Below, one piece after another: positions 55,793 through 64,000 of a DNA stretch of 64,000 nucleotides. The translations under genes and the position numbers were made by a program. Source of the DNA: an uncultured Candidatus Saccharibacteria bacterium (lineage in GTDB: Bacteria > Patescibacteriota > Minisyncoccia > Phycocordibacterales > UBA9973). Each line of letters starts with the position of its first letter. The first letter of the stretch is position 1. The notes beneath the pieces were generated by a model. The model was not told the origin of the DNA. It worked only from the letters and a program-made list of their open reading frames with translations, and made no database searches. The stretch covers positions 22,628 through 86,627 of the forward strand of contig CAYVDC010000005.1 of NCBI GenBank assembly GCA_964450735.1. Reading direction: 5' to 3'.

Positions 55793-57286
55793 CTACTCAA
55801 CGTGTACTTGGACATCAGTTCGTTCATTCTTAACCTTAAGGAAAAGCACGGCGAATGCTCCAACAAGAACTAGTATGCTCGCAATAAGAAAAACATAATC
55901 ATACGCGTTGATTTGAGCTTTGAGTGATATAAGTGCAATGTATTTTTGTACATCGACAGGATTGGTGCTATTCAAGAAACTGTGACTGTTAATTGCAAGC
56001 ACATTATGCGTCACACGGTTACTCAAAATCGTACCGAACAAAGCAATTCCAAACGCTCCCGCCAAATTTCGCACGAGCGCGAGAATAGAAGAAGCAATAC
56101 CGATCTCATGAGAATCTACAACTGAAGCAACAACGTTGGTACGCTGAGCCATTCCAAAACCAAGTCCAAATGCCATGATCGAAAGCGGAATAATAATATC
56201 GAGCGCGGTTGATTTTGGATCAAGGAATGAGAAGAAATAAATACCTATTCCCGCTACAAGCGTACTTGCAAAGATCACATATCGCGCTGAAACACGACCA
56301 GTAAGCGCTCCTCCGATTGGAGCAGCGAGCATCAATGCTCCAGCCATTGGCATAAACAAGTAGCCAGATTCTGTTGCGTTGTAACCGAGGAATGTTTGCG
56401 CAAATACCGGAATCAAAAATAATCCTCCCATCATTCCCATAAACACGACGAAGTTATTGAAAAGCGTGTTCACGAACGCAGGGATCTTGAAGAACCGCAA
56501 ATCAACGATTGGCTCAGGTACTGTCTTTTCAATTTTAATAAAGAGCATCATTAACACAATGGTGACAATGTAACAAATGAGAGACTCAATTGAGAACCAA
56601 CCCCAGTCCATTCCCTTGTCGAGCACGAGCACAAAAGCAGAAAGTGATCCACCCAAAGTGATTGCTCCCCACCAGTCAAAGAACTGCAACTTCTTTTCGG
56701 AAACAGATTCATTGATAAATCGAAGCGCCATCCAAATACCAAGTATTCCAATCGGGAGATTGATCAAGAAAACTGAACGCCAGCCAAAGACATCGATCAA
56801 TGGTCCGCCAAGCAATGGTCCAAAAACTGATGCCGCCGCAAAGGAGCTAGACCAAATACCAAGCGCCTGTGCGCGTTCTTTGCCTTCGCTAAACGTTACC
56901 GCGATGATCGCCATTGCCGTTGGATAGTCTGCTGAACCAGCAATTGCTTGGATAACGCGAAACACAATCATTGACGAAAGATTCCACGCAAGCCCCGCCA
57001 GTACTGATCCGGCAATAAATATGGAAAATCCAATGATATACACTTTCTTGCGTCCAATTGTGTCACCGAGCTTGCCCCAAATCGGAACAAAGATAGCATT
57101 AGCCAAAATGTATGCTGTAGCAATCCATCCCGCGGCAGAAACACTGATGCCGAAGTCATTGATGATCTTTGGGAGCGCAAGGTTCACAATTGTTTGGTCA
57201 AGTCGCCCCAAAAACGTTCCCACGATAACCGTGAGAAGTATCCACCAGCGTAAATTGTTTTTTTTAGTTTCTGGTGCTGCTTCCAT
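55793..57286 (-). CDS. MFS transporter, DHA2 family (EmrB-like)
   Basis: 14 TM helices; LGRLDQTIVNLALP; GKLGDTIGRKK motif A. Confidence 0.8.
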   Translation of the reverse strand: MEAAPETKKNNLRWWILLTVIVGTFLGRLDQTIVNLALPKIINDFGISVSAAGWIATAYILANAIFVPIWGKLGDTIGRKKVYIIGFSIFIAGSVLAGLAWNLSSMIVFRVIQAIAGSADYPTAMAIIAVTFSEGKERAQALGIWSSSFAAASVFGPLLGGPLIDVFGWRSVFLINLPIGILGIWMALRFINESVSEKKLQFFDWWGAITLGGSLSAFVLVLDKGMDWGWFSIESLICYIVTIVLMMLFIKIEKTVPEPIVDLRFFKIPAFVNTLFNNFVVFMGMMGGLFLIPVFAQTFLGYNATESGYLFMPMAGALMLAAPIGGALTGRVSARYVIFASTLVAGIGIYFFSFLDPKSTALDIIIPLSIMAFGLGFGMAQRTNVVASVVDSHEIGIASSILALVRNLAGAFGIALFGTILSNRVTHNVLAINSHSFLNSTNPVDVQKYIALISLKAQINAYDYVFLIASILVLVGAFAVLFLKVKNERTDVQVHVE

Positions 57287-57291
57287 GCTAA

Positions 57292-57933
57292 TTAATTTTT
57301 AGTGTGAACGGTGATTTTTGCTGACATGCCGTTTTTAAGTTCAGGATATGAAGCTACATCAAAACGAACTTTGATGGCAAACTTTTTCGTCGGTCGCTTG
57401 TCAGAGATAGAAAAGAGAACTCCAGTTTCAACAGATGTCTGGCTTACTTCATCAACGATTCCAACATAGGTAGTGCCCGGGAAAGCATCAACTGTAAATG
57501 TTGCGCGCTGCCCAACTGCAATGTCTTTGAGGCCTTTGTTTTCTTCTATTGAGCCAACGACTTTCATATCGCTTGTTTTGACCATCGAAACAACAACTGA
57601 ACCCGGATTGTAGTAACCACCAAGTGCCTCAGGAGTGTGGATGATAGTACCTCCTTCTTTTGCAGTAATGGTCGTAGTCCCGACAAGTGCAACTGGAGTA
57701 TTGGCAGTGATAACATCACCAGTATGCACATAGAGATCATTCAAAGTTCCTGCTGTGACTGGAGAAAGATTAATAATCGGAGCTTCGAGATCAGAATTCT
57801 CAACGAGGATTGAACCGCGTGATGACTGCCAATACAGAAAAGCTCCGAGTATTCCAAACACGACAACAAGCGCGACCATGCTGCCCACCCACGGTTTCTT
57901 TATAAAAATATTTTCCTTTTTTTGTTCTTCCAT
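57292..57933 (-). CDS. Short HlyD-like periplasmic adaptor lacking the coiled-coil hairpin
   Basis: N-terminal TM; biotin-lipoyl-like half-motifs (VHTGDVI...ALVG; TFTVDAFPGTTYVGIVDEV). Confidence 0.5.
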   Translation of the reverse strand: MEEQKKENIFIKKPWVGSMVALVVVFGILGAFLYWQSSRGSILVENSDLEAPIINLSPVTAGTLNDLYVHTGDVITANTPVALVGTTTITAKEGGTIIHTPEALGGYYNPGSVVVSMVKTSDMKVVGSIEENKGLKDIAVGQRATFTVDAFPGTTYVGIVDEVSQTSVETGVLFSISDKRPTKKFAIKVRFDVASYPELKNGMSAKITVHTKN

Positions 57934-57951
57934 ATACTGTAAATGTGATTA

Positions 57952-59211
57952 TTAATGAGTCGCCACAGAGTCGGCATTTGTAAGACCAGTCAGCACTTCG
58001 ACATTCGTGCCATCAGTAAGTCCAGTTGTTATGCTTGTTTCTACTGTTGATGTACCAACCTTTTTTAGTACATAGCTTGAGCCATTTCTGACAAAGACTG
58101 CTGATTTTGGAATCATTAACGCTACATCTTTTTTAGTCACCGTCGCTAGAATTTCAATCGCTGGAGAATTCGCTCCTGCGATCTGTCCGGGAGCAATAAA
58201 TACCGCAGTTACCGTGCCACTGCCTGGAGCAGTTATAACAGTGTTGCCGTATGCAGCTTCTGCCACTTGAAGTGAGCCTCGAGCGCTTTCAACTTGTGCC
58301 TCAGCTGCCGCAACATCTTCTGGACGTGCAGTGCTTACTGTCTGAGTAAGGCTCGCTTGCGCCTGATCGACAACTGCTTGCGCGGAAGCAACTGCCTGGC
58401 TTTTTGCCTGAACTGCCTGCTGATATGCATTGTAATTTGTTAAATAGGTAGCAGATGCAGTGTTCGGAATACTGATAGTCCATGTTGCGCTTGTAGAGAA
58501 TGACGAGGATGGAAACTGTATAAACAATCCAGAATCTCCAATAGCAACTGGCACTGTTGTTTTAATATCACCTGTTCCAGTTACTAATCCAGAAGCCGTA
58601 AAATATCCTTCTCCAGAAATAGGATGGGTTTCAATTGTAATTATTCCTTCGGCAGTTTTTGTATATGCTCCGGAAATAGTCGGCGCTGCAAGTGTTGTGT
58701 CGCTGCTTGATCGAGCGACAAGGCCTGAGTTTAAATATGTTCGACGCGCATTTTCAACAAGCACGTTCTGCTGTTTTGTGACTTCAGCTAGATTCACCTG
58801 CGCTGTATTGAGGGCTGCCTTTGCAACGTCAATAGCAGTACCGGTAGCACCGTTAATCACTTTTTGATAATTTGCCTGCGCGCTTGCATATGCAGCTCGA
58901 GCCTGTGAAAGAATACCTGCTGCATTGCCTGCATCAAGCATAGCAAGCACCTGGCCAGAAGTAACAGTATCGCCTGCTTTCACTTTTACTGAAGCAATCC
59001 GGCCGCCTGAAACAAAACCAAGAGTAAGGTCACGCACGGCTGAAGCAGCATCTTTTTGGTCAATAGTTCCTGGCTGAACTTGGACGAATGTGTAACTCGG
59101 CGCCCGGTTAATTGCAAAATATCCAATCAGACCGACTGGAATAGCGATAATGATTGCAACGATCGTTACAAGTTTTGGGTTATTAAAAAATCGAATGATT
59201 GATTGTTTCAT
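57952..59211 (-). CDS. HlyD-family membrane fusion protein (EmrA-like)
   Basis: TM anchor; lipoyl half (VKVKAGDTVTSGQVLAMLD); long Ala/Gln-rich coiled coil; TVITAPGSGTV second lipoyl half. Confidence 0.75.
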   Translation of the reverse strand: MKQSIIRFFNNPKLVTIVAIIIAIPVGLIGYFAINRAPSYTFVQVQPGTIDQKDAASAVRDLTLGFVSGGRIASVKVKAGDTVTSGQVLAMLDAGNAAGILSQARAAYASAQANYQKVINGATGTAIDVAKAALNTAQVNLAEVTKQQNVLVENARRTYLNSGLVARSSSDTTLAAPTISGAYTKTAEGIITIETHPISGEGYFTASGLVTGTGDIKTTVPVAIGDSGLFIQFPSSSFSTSATWTISIPNTASATYLTNYNAYQQAVQAKSQAVASAQAVVDQAQASLTQTVSTARPEDVAAAEAQVESARGSLQVAEAAYGNTVITAPGSGTVTAVFIAPGQIAGANSPAIEILATVTKKDVALMIPKSAVFVRNGSSYVLKKVGTSTVETSITTGLTDGTNVEVLTGLTNADSVATH

Positions 59212-59221
59212 ACTCTACAAT

Positions 59222-59644
59222 TTAATTGCTAATAAGTATCTTGATAATTCTCTCAAGCGAGACCCTATCTTTGGCATTGAGCCTTGAAAGCATGTCGTGC
59301 AGGATATTTTCTTTGTGCTTAGCCATTGCGCCATACAGGGCTTTGGCTTTCTTCGTTAAAGAGACTGAAACGATGCGTCTATCCTGTGGGTCTGGCTGTC
59401 TTGTGACGACGCCTTTTTTCTCTAGCTCATCTACAATAGATGTTACTGATGGCGGCGTAATCTTGAGATGATCGGCTATGGCCCTCATCGGCACCGAACG
59501 ATCAAGTCCAATGAATTTAACGATCTCGATCTGAGAGAACGTAAGATCGCTGGTCAGGCCCTCTTTGCGACAGACATCCATGACTTTACGACGAAACGTC
59601 AGGATGAGATCCTCGAGGTTTGGTTTTGATGATTGTGGTTGCAT
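59222..59644 (-). CDS. MarR-family transcriptional regulator
   Basis: wHTH LTFSQIEIVKFI...MRAIADHLKITPPSVTSIVDELEKKGVV...DRR. Confidence 0.85.
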   Translation of the reverse strand: MQPQSSKPNLEDLILTFRRKVMDVCRKEGLTSDLTFSQIEIVKFIGLDRSVPMRAIADHLKITPPSVTSIVDELEKKGVVTRQPDPQDRRIVSVSLTKKAKALYGAMAKHKENILHDMLSRLNAKDRVSLERIIKILISN

Positions 59645-59655
59645 ATGATTAGTGT

Positions 59656-59676
59656 TCCTAATAGTTAGGTTACCTA
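59656..59676 (-). promoter_or_regulatory. Candidate MarR operator: overlapping palindromes CCTAA-tag-TTAGG and TTAGGT-t-ACCTAA
   Basis: Three TTAGG/CCTAA half-sites within 21 bp, 12 nt upstream of the marR start codon. Confidence 0.35.
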
Positions 59677-59730
59677 AGTATATAGGACATAGTAAAGTCT
59701 GTCAAATGAGGTGTAATCTGGCATATACAC

Positions 59731-59770
59731 AAAAAAACGCGCGCGGGCTTCGCCCGCGCGCGTTTTTTGG
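59731..59770. terminator. Bidirectional intrinsic terminator (GC-rich 14-bp stem)
   Basis: AAACGCGCGCGGGC-ttcg-GCCCGCGCGCGTTT with an A-run before and a T-run after. Confidence 0.75.
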
Positions 59771-59776
59771 TTGTTA

Positions 59777-60397
59777 TTAATACTCGATTGTCACTGGTAT
59801 CGATACTGATGCTTCCTTCTCAGAAAGCCCGGAAGGGTTGTCTTTTTTTAGAATAATCGTAGCCTCGCCAATATATGTTTCTGGAATCTTTACGACAGTC
59901 TCAAACGAAGTAAAATCAGTGTTCATCCATGCTTCCCCTACTTCTACAAGCCCAGATGCAAGTGTCTTGCCGTCTTTGTCCAAGACTTCATACGGAGCAG
60001 AACCTTCGAAGAACCATGTTCCGCGCGCTTTGCCGATAATGCTGAATTCTTTGCCCGTAACGGCGCCAGAAAAAGGTAACATGACAACAATGTCGTCTTT
60101 TGTTGCATTCACATACGTGTTTTTTTCTTGCAATACTTCGGTAAATGTTTTGCCATAGGTCAGATCACGACACTGTCGAGGATAGCTCTCCATGACTGGA
60201 TAACCAATAGCGGCGCAATCATCAAACGATGTTGCAGGTGTAAAGATTACTTTCTTTGGCATTTGCAGGTAGCTCTGTATACCCAACATAATGCAAACTT
60301 CTAGAATTAAGACGAAAATCAACCATGTGATAACGGTTGCATTAAAATGTTTTACAGAAGAAGATGCGCGAGCTGTTTTTTTTCTTGGCATGAACAA
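59777..60397 (-). CDS. Hypothetical membrane-anchored protein
   Basis: Basic N-terminus plus one TM helix; beta-rich C-terminal domain; no motif recognised. Confidence 0.4.
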   Translation of the reverse strand: MFMPRKKTARASSSVKHFNATVITWLIFVLILEVCIMLGIQSYLQMPKKVIFTPATSFDDCAAIGYPVMESYPRQCRDLTYGKTFTEVLQEKNTYVNATKDDIVVMLPFSGAVTGKEFSIIGKARGTWFFEGSAPYEVLDKDGKTLASGLVEVGEAWMNTDFTSFETVVKIPETYIGEATIILKKDNPSGLSEKEASVSIPVTIEY

Positions 60398-60508
60398 AAA
60401 TGTTAGCGACTAATGCGTATATTGTATCATCTTTATTTTTAATTCCATAGATATAATGTGCATATGTATTTTTCTATTGCACTCTGATATACTCACACCT
60501 ATAACTAT

Positions 60509-61507
60509 ATGTCACATACTACAGGTTCCAAGTCGGTCGGATTCGCCCTTGCAGGAAACATTTTCGTAACGATACTCAAAACAATCGTCGCGGTAATGAC
60601 TGGGTCTGCCAGCATGTTCGCAGAAAGCGTTCACAGCTTCGCCGACACGCTCAATCAATCTCTCCTTATGATCGGCATCAAGCGCTCCAAGCGCCCTGCT
60701 GATAAGATTCGCGGCTACGGGTATGGTATCGAACGATTTTTCTGGTCTCTCATCTCTGCGTGCGGCATTCTGTTCGTTGGTGCAGGCATTACCATCTATC
60801 ACTCAGTTGAAACGCTCATGCATGGAAACACTGAGTATAGTTTCAATATTGTAAGCATCGCTGTTTTGTCTGTCGCTTTTGTTGTTGAAAGCTTTACGCT
60901 CTATATCGCCCTTAAAGAGTTAAAAGGTACCAAGAAATTCTCAAAGAAATTGTTTGACGAAGCTGATCCTGTAACATTAGCTGTTGTCTACGAAGACGGA
61001 GCTGCAGTGTTGGGTGTTCTGGTTGTAATGATCTCTCAATTCCTTATGTATATCACCAAGAACGCCTACTTTGATGCATGGGGCGGTATTATCGTTGGTG
61101 TAATTCTTGGATTCCTCGCCATTGTATTGATAATCAAGAACCATCATTATCTTATTGGTAAATCGATTCCAGAAGACACGAGCGAAGCAATTATTGAGCT
61201 TCTCCTTGCAGATACATGTATCGAAAAAATCATTGAATTTAAGTCAGTAGCAGTTGATATCGGCAAGTATCGCATCTTTGCCACTGTTGAATGGAATGGC
61301 ACACCACTCTACAGCGAGATCTATGATGCTGGCGACCTCAAGCAAGAGTTCGAGGAAATCAAAGACGACTTCGGCGAATTCACCAAACTTATGTACAAAA
61401 CTATTGACCGTATTCCCCGCTTGGTCGGAACACGAATCGATGAGATCGAAAAGAAGATCACTGAAGAGTTCCCTGAAGTAGCGTACGTAGATATCGAAAT
61501 AAACTAA
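60509..61507 (+). CDS. Cation diffusion facilitator (CDF) family metal transporter
   Basis: Six TM helices; AESVHSFADT signature of TM2 metal site; cytoplasmic C-terminal domain. Confidence 0.8.
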   Translation: MSHTTGSKSVGFALAGNIFVTILKTIVAVMTGSASMFAESVHSFADTLNQSLLMIGIKRSKRPADKIRGYGYGIERFFWSLISACGILFVGAGITIYHSVETLMHGNTEYSFNIVSIAVLSVAFVVESFTLYIALKELKGTKKFSKKLFDEADPVTLAVVYEDGAAVLGVLVVMISQFLMYITKNAYFDAWGGIIVGVILGFLAIVLIIKNHHYLIGKSIPEDTSEAIIELLLADTCIEKIIEFKSVAVDIGKYRIFATVEWNGTPLYSEIYDAGDLKQEFEEIKDDFGEFTKLMYKTIDRIPRLVGTRIDEIEKKITEEFPEVAYVDIEIN

Positions 61508-61510
61508 TAT

Positions 61511-61548
61511 AAAAAGCCGGGAATATATTCCTGGCTTTTTATTTATTT
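61511..61548. terminator. Bidirectional terminator between the CDF gene and the convergent minus-strand genes
   Basis: AGCCGGGAAT-atat-ATTCCTGGCT followed by a T-run. Confidence 0.65.
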
Positions 61549-61662
61549 CTTTTTAGGATCTTTGGATTTCTCGTAATTCCAACAAATCTGGCAGCGACTG
61601 CCAACATACTCGTGCCCGCGGCTGCAGACTTTTCCTTCAGAATTTTTTTTCTGCTTGCTCAT
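61543..61662 (-). CDS. Candidate 39-aa zinc-ribbon-like small protein, start overlapping the upstream stop (TAATG)
   Basis: MSKQKKNSEGKVCSRGHEYVGSRCQICWNYEKSKDPKKK; C-x3-H-x6-C-x2-C; below the ORF-track length cut-off; found by reading the strand. Confidence 0.3.
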   Translation of the reverse strand: MSKQKKNSEGKVCSRGHEYVGSRCQICWNYEKSKDPKKK

Positions 61663-64000
61663 TAGTGAGAATTTACGAATGATCTGGTAAGCGGTCCGAA
61701 GTACCCAATGGCAGGCGCAATTTTGTTCGCTTTCTGGAATTTAATCAAGGCGGCAGCTGTCTTTGCACCAAAGGTGGTAACCTCGTTACCGGCTGAACCC
61801 ATTCCAGAAGTTGCTATTGGAAAACCATGAGTGTTTAAGTACTTTTGCAATTGTAGTACTTCCTCACTGCCTGAACCAAGCTTCAACGTTTGAGTAAATA
61901 CAAACTTGGCAGCTGATGGCTGTGTATTTAGGGATGTAATAGTAGCAGGCTGTAATGTAGTTAAAGTTCCTACTGACGGTGTCTGACTTGAAACGAATTG
62001 TACGGGAACACCGCCACCGTTCGTTGTATTTGCCTGTGCAGCAATACCAACACATCCAGAGACGACACCTCCATCTATGACTGACCAATTATATACCCCC
62101 ATCAAACGAGCTCGAGACGCTGATGCCAAGCAATACTTGCTTTGTCCTCCGTCAAAAGAAACATTTGATCGGAGATTTTGGCTTGCCCAAGAGCTCAGCA
62201 TGGCATCATAATTTGTCCGTGAAAGCGTAACTCCAGTAAACATATCAACCATATTGGTAACATCAGCGACATCCCACGAGCTCAAATTCTGGTCAAAATC
62301 TGTGGTGAGATAAAACATGCTGTCCATGTTTGTAACATTACTAGTATCCCACGAGCTAATATCCTGATTGAAGTGCGTGTCATACGCAAACATTGCATAC
62401 ATATCTGTTGCAGCACTTACATCCCAACCGCTGATGTCTTGATTGAAACTTGTGCCTTGAAATGCGTTTCCAAAATATGTCACATGGCTGACATCCCAAT
62501 TATCCAGTGGCTGATTAAAAAGCTCAGCACCCATAAACAGTGTCCCCATTCCAATGACGCTTGAAGTATCCCAATTATTGAGTGGCTGGTTGAATGCATT
62601 CGCCTCATAGAACATTCCGCCCATTCCGGTAACATGTGACACATCCCATGAATTGAGCGGCTGGTTGAATGCATTTGTGCTCATAAACATTGAAGACATA
62701 TTCGTCACATTGGCAGTATTCCAGTTGCTTATGTTTTGGTTGAATACGGAAGCTCCCATAAACATGCCATCAAAACTTGTCGCACTTGATACATCCCAGT
62801 TATTGAGCGGCTGGTTGAATGCAGCTGCACCGGTAAACATCGAATCAAATCGAGTAACATGAGAGACATCCCAAGAGTTGAGCGGCTGGTTGAATGCGGC
62901 ATCAGCGTAAAACAAACCAATCATATTAGTCACATTTGAAGTGTCCCACGATGAAATGTCTCCATTGAATGCTGTTCCTTGAAAAACCCCGATCATTGAA
63001 ATGATAGATCCAGTATCCCAACCGCTCAGATCTTCGGTAGTGACTCCGCTGTCTCGAAGCATATATGTCATATCTGTGACGCCGGAAAGGTCGGGAGCAT
63101 CAGTGGCGGTAATTGCAAGATTGGTACATCCAAAAAATGCACCAGCCATATTTTCCCATGCTATCGTGCCCCATTGATCAACTGAGAGTATTTTATTTTT
63201 ATCACCAGCATATGCAAACGTTATCGCTGGAAAAACACCAGAAATTGATACTGTGTATGTACCGGGCGTCACATAGGTATGTGTAATTGCCCCTGTAACA
63301 CCAGTATCTGTATTTGAATCTCCCCAATCAACATTGTAGTTATACGTAAGACCATTTGTTGTTGGAATAGTGATCTGATTGCTGCTGGATACTCCAGGAT
63401 TGTCTGTTTTCCAAGTAGTAATAAATTCTGTTGCAGGAGCATCAAGGTCCGTAATTACAATCTCATCAACATAGTCACGATCAACTGCAGCTCCATATCC
63501 AGCTGTGTATTGAACAAGACCAGATGGGTAGGTCGCATCTGTTGCAGAACCAAGCAGCGTATAGGTAACGCCGTCATCTGAATAGTAAAAACTCAATGAA
63601 GTGCCAATTGCGGTTGCTTTAAACCAGCGAGGCTGTGATTTCGGCAAACTACCACTCCACAGCGGAGTATATGTTCCTGAAGAAACTCGCCAAATATATA
63701 CGTTGCTTGAATCATAGACATGGAATAAATATCCCATTCGCGCACCTGCTGAGTTTACTACGCTCGTATCAATTGCTTGGGCGCGAAGAGTAAATCCACC
63801 GCGACCAAGATTGTTCGAGTAAGCCTGTTTCCATATTACTGATTGATCCGCTGAACCAGCAAAGTTATCAAATAATATTCCGGCAATAACGCCAGTTTGC
63901 GTAACAGCTCGTAATGAATTACCCAATGTTGGTTCATTTTGAACATCAAAAGTTCCTGCAGTTACTGTTGTATTTGCAGGAACTTGGCCGATTGTATCAG
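61662..64000 (-). CDS. Large surface protein with PKD domain, DUF285-type repeats and C-terminal peptidoglycan-binding domain; 5' end lies outside the window
   Basis: Frame open to the window edge; PKD-like VDWGDSNTDTG..PGTYTV; about 12 repeats FNQPLN[NS]WDVS.VT.M; C-terminal PG_binding_1-like LQLQKYLNTHGF... Confidence 0.7.
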   Translation of the reverse strand, partial: DTIGQVPANTTVTAGTFDVQNEPTLGNSLRAVTQTGVIAGILFDNFAGSADQSVIWKQAYSNNLGRGGFTLRAQAIDTSVVNSAGARMGYLFHVYDSSNVYIWRVSSGTYTPLWSGSLPKSQPRWFKATAIGTSLSFYYSDDGVTYTLLGSATDATYPSGLVQYTAGYGAAVDRDYVDEIVITDLDAPATEFITTWKTDNPGVSSSNQITIPTTNGLTYNYNVDWGDSNTDTGVTGAITHTYVTPGTYTVSISGVFPAITFAYAGDKNKILSVDQWGTIAWENMAGAFFGCTNLAITATDAPDLSGVTDMTYMLRDSGVTTEDLSGWDTGSIISMIGVFQGTAFNGDISSWDTSNVTNMIGLFYADAAFNQPLNSWDVSHVTRFDSMFTGAAAFNQPLNNWDVSSATSFDGMFMGASVFNQNISNWNTANVTNMSSMFMSTNAFNQPLNSWDVSHVTGMGGMFYEANAFNQPLNNWDTSSVIGMGTLFMGAELFNQPLDNWDVSHVTYFGNAFQGTSFNQDISGWDVSAATDMYAMFAYDTHFNQDISSWDTSNVTNMDSMFYLTTDFDQNLSSWDVADVTNMVDMFTGVTLSRTNYDAMLSSWASQNLRSNVSFDGGQSKYCLASASRARLMGVYNWSVIDGGVVSGCVGIAAQANTTNGGGVPVQFVSSQTPSVGTLTTLQPATITSLNTQPSAAKFVFTQTLKLGSGSEEVLQLQKYLNTHGFPIATSGMGSAGNEVTTFGAKTAAALIKFQKANKIAPAIGYFGPLTRSFVNSH
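62232..63164 (-). repeat. In-frame tandem repeats of about 66-69 nt (22-23 aa) inside the surface-protein gene
   Basis: Protein-level repeats F[ND]Q.[LI][SN].WD[VT]S.VT.M.[SG]MF repeated about 12 times. Confidence 0.6.

Noticed and set aside
62232-63164. Possible CRISPR array suggested by regular 66-69-nt repeats
   Set aside because: The repeats are in frame inside a long ORF and encode DUF285 protein repeats; no spacer/repeat alternation and no cas genes. The three-copy 95-nt element is likewise not CRISPR (copies kilobases apart).

Overview
The window reads as a compact, gene-dense bacterial chromosome segment of about 46-48% GC with several visibly AT-richer islands. Gene content and compact proteins suggest a small-genome lineage, possibly Patescibacteria/CPR-like; that is inference only. 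Main content (recognised from motifs in the translated ORFs): ybeY-ftsA-ftsZ; murB-murA-tsaD; an mraZ-rsmH-ftsL-ftsI-murF dcw block; ddl; greA-FemAB-PBP2; DNA repair genes (priA 5'-partial, uvrA, a short uvrC, and a lexA/Y-family polymerase SOS cassette with a perfect GAAC-N4-GTTC box); valS and lysS; five tRNAs (two near-identical tRNA-Glu, plus Ser, Val, Ala); gdhA, trxB, hsp20, an ABC-F ATPase, a CDF transporter; an emrRAB-like marR-hlyD-hlyD-MFS operon; and a 5'-partial DUF285/PKD/PG-binding surface protein. Most unusual observations: (1) a histidine-phosphatase (RHGE-motif) domain of about 190 aa inserted in-frame inside the ValS catalytic core; (2) a PTH2/DUF2000-like domain of about 147 aa fused to the C-terminus of LysS; (3) an XRE-type HTH domain in-frame upstream of MurA; (4) a conserved structured intergenic element of about 95 nt in three copies with compensatory base-pair changes, two copies embedded in larger composite hairpin modules and one inverted; (5) AT-rich hypothetical-gene islands next to tRNA-Val and tRNA-Glu, one bracketed by 40-bp direct-repeat terminator hairpins; (6) a 10-bp-phased GTGGG (MraZ-box) array over the mraZ promoter plus a second LexA-like box upstream of the dcw cluster. 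No CRISPR array, integrase or transposase was seen.
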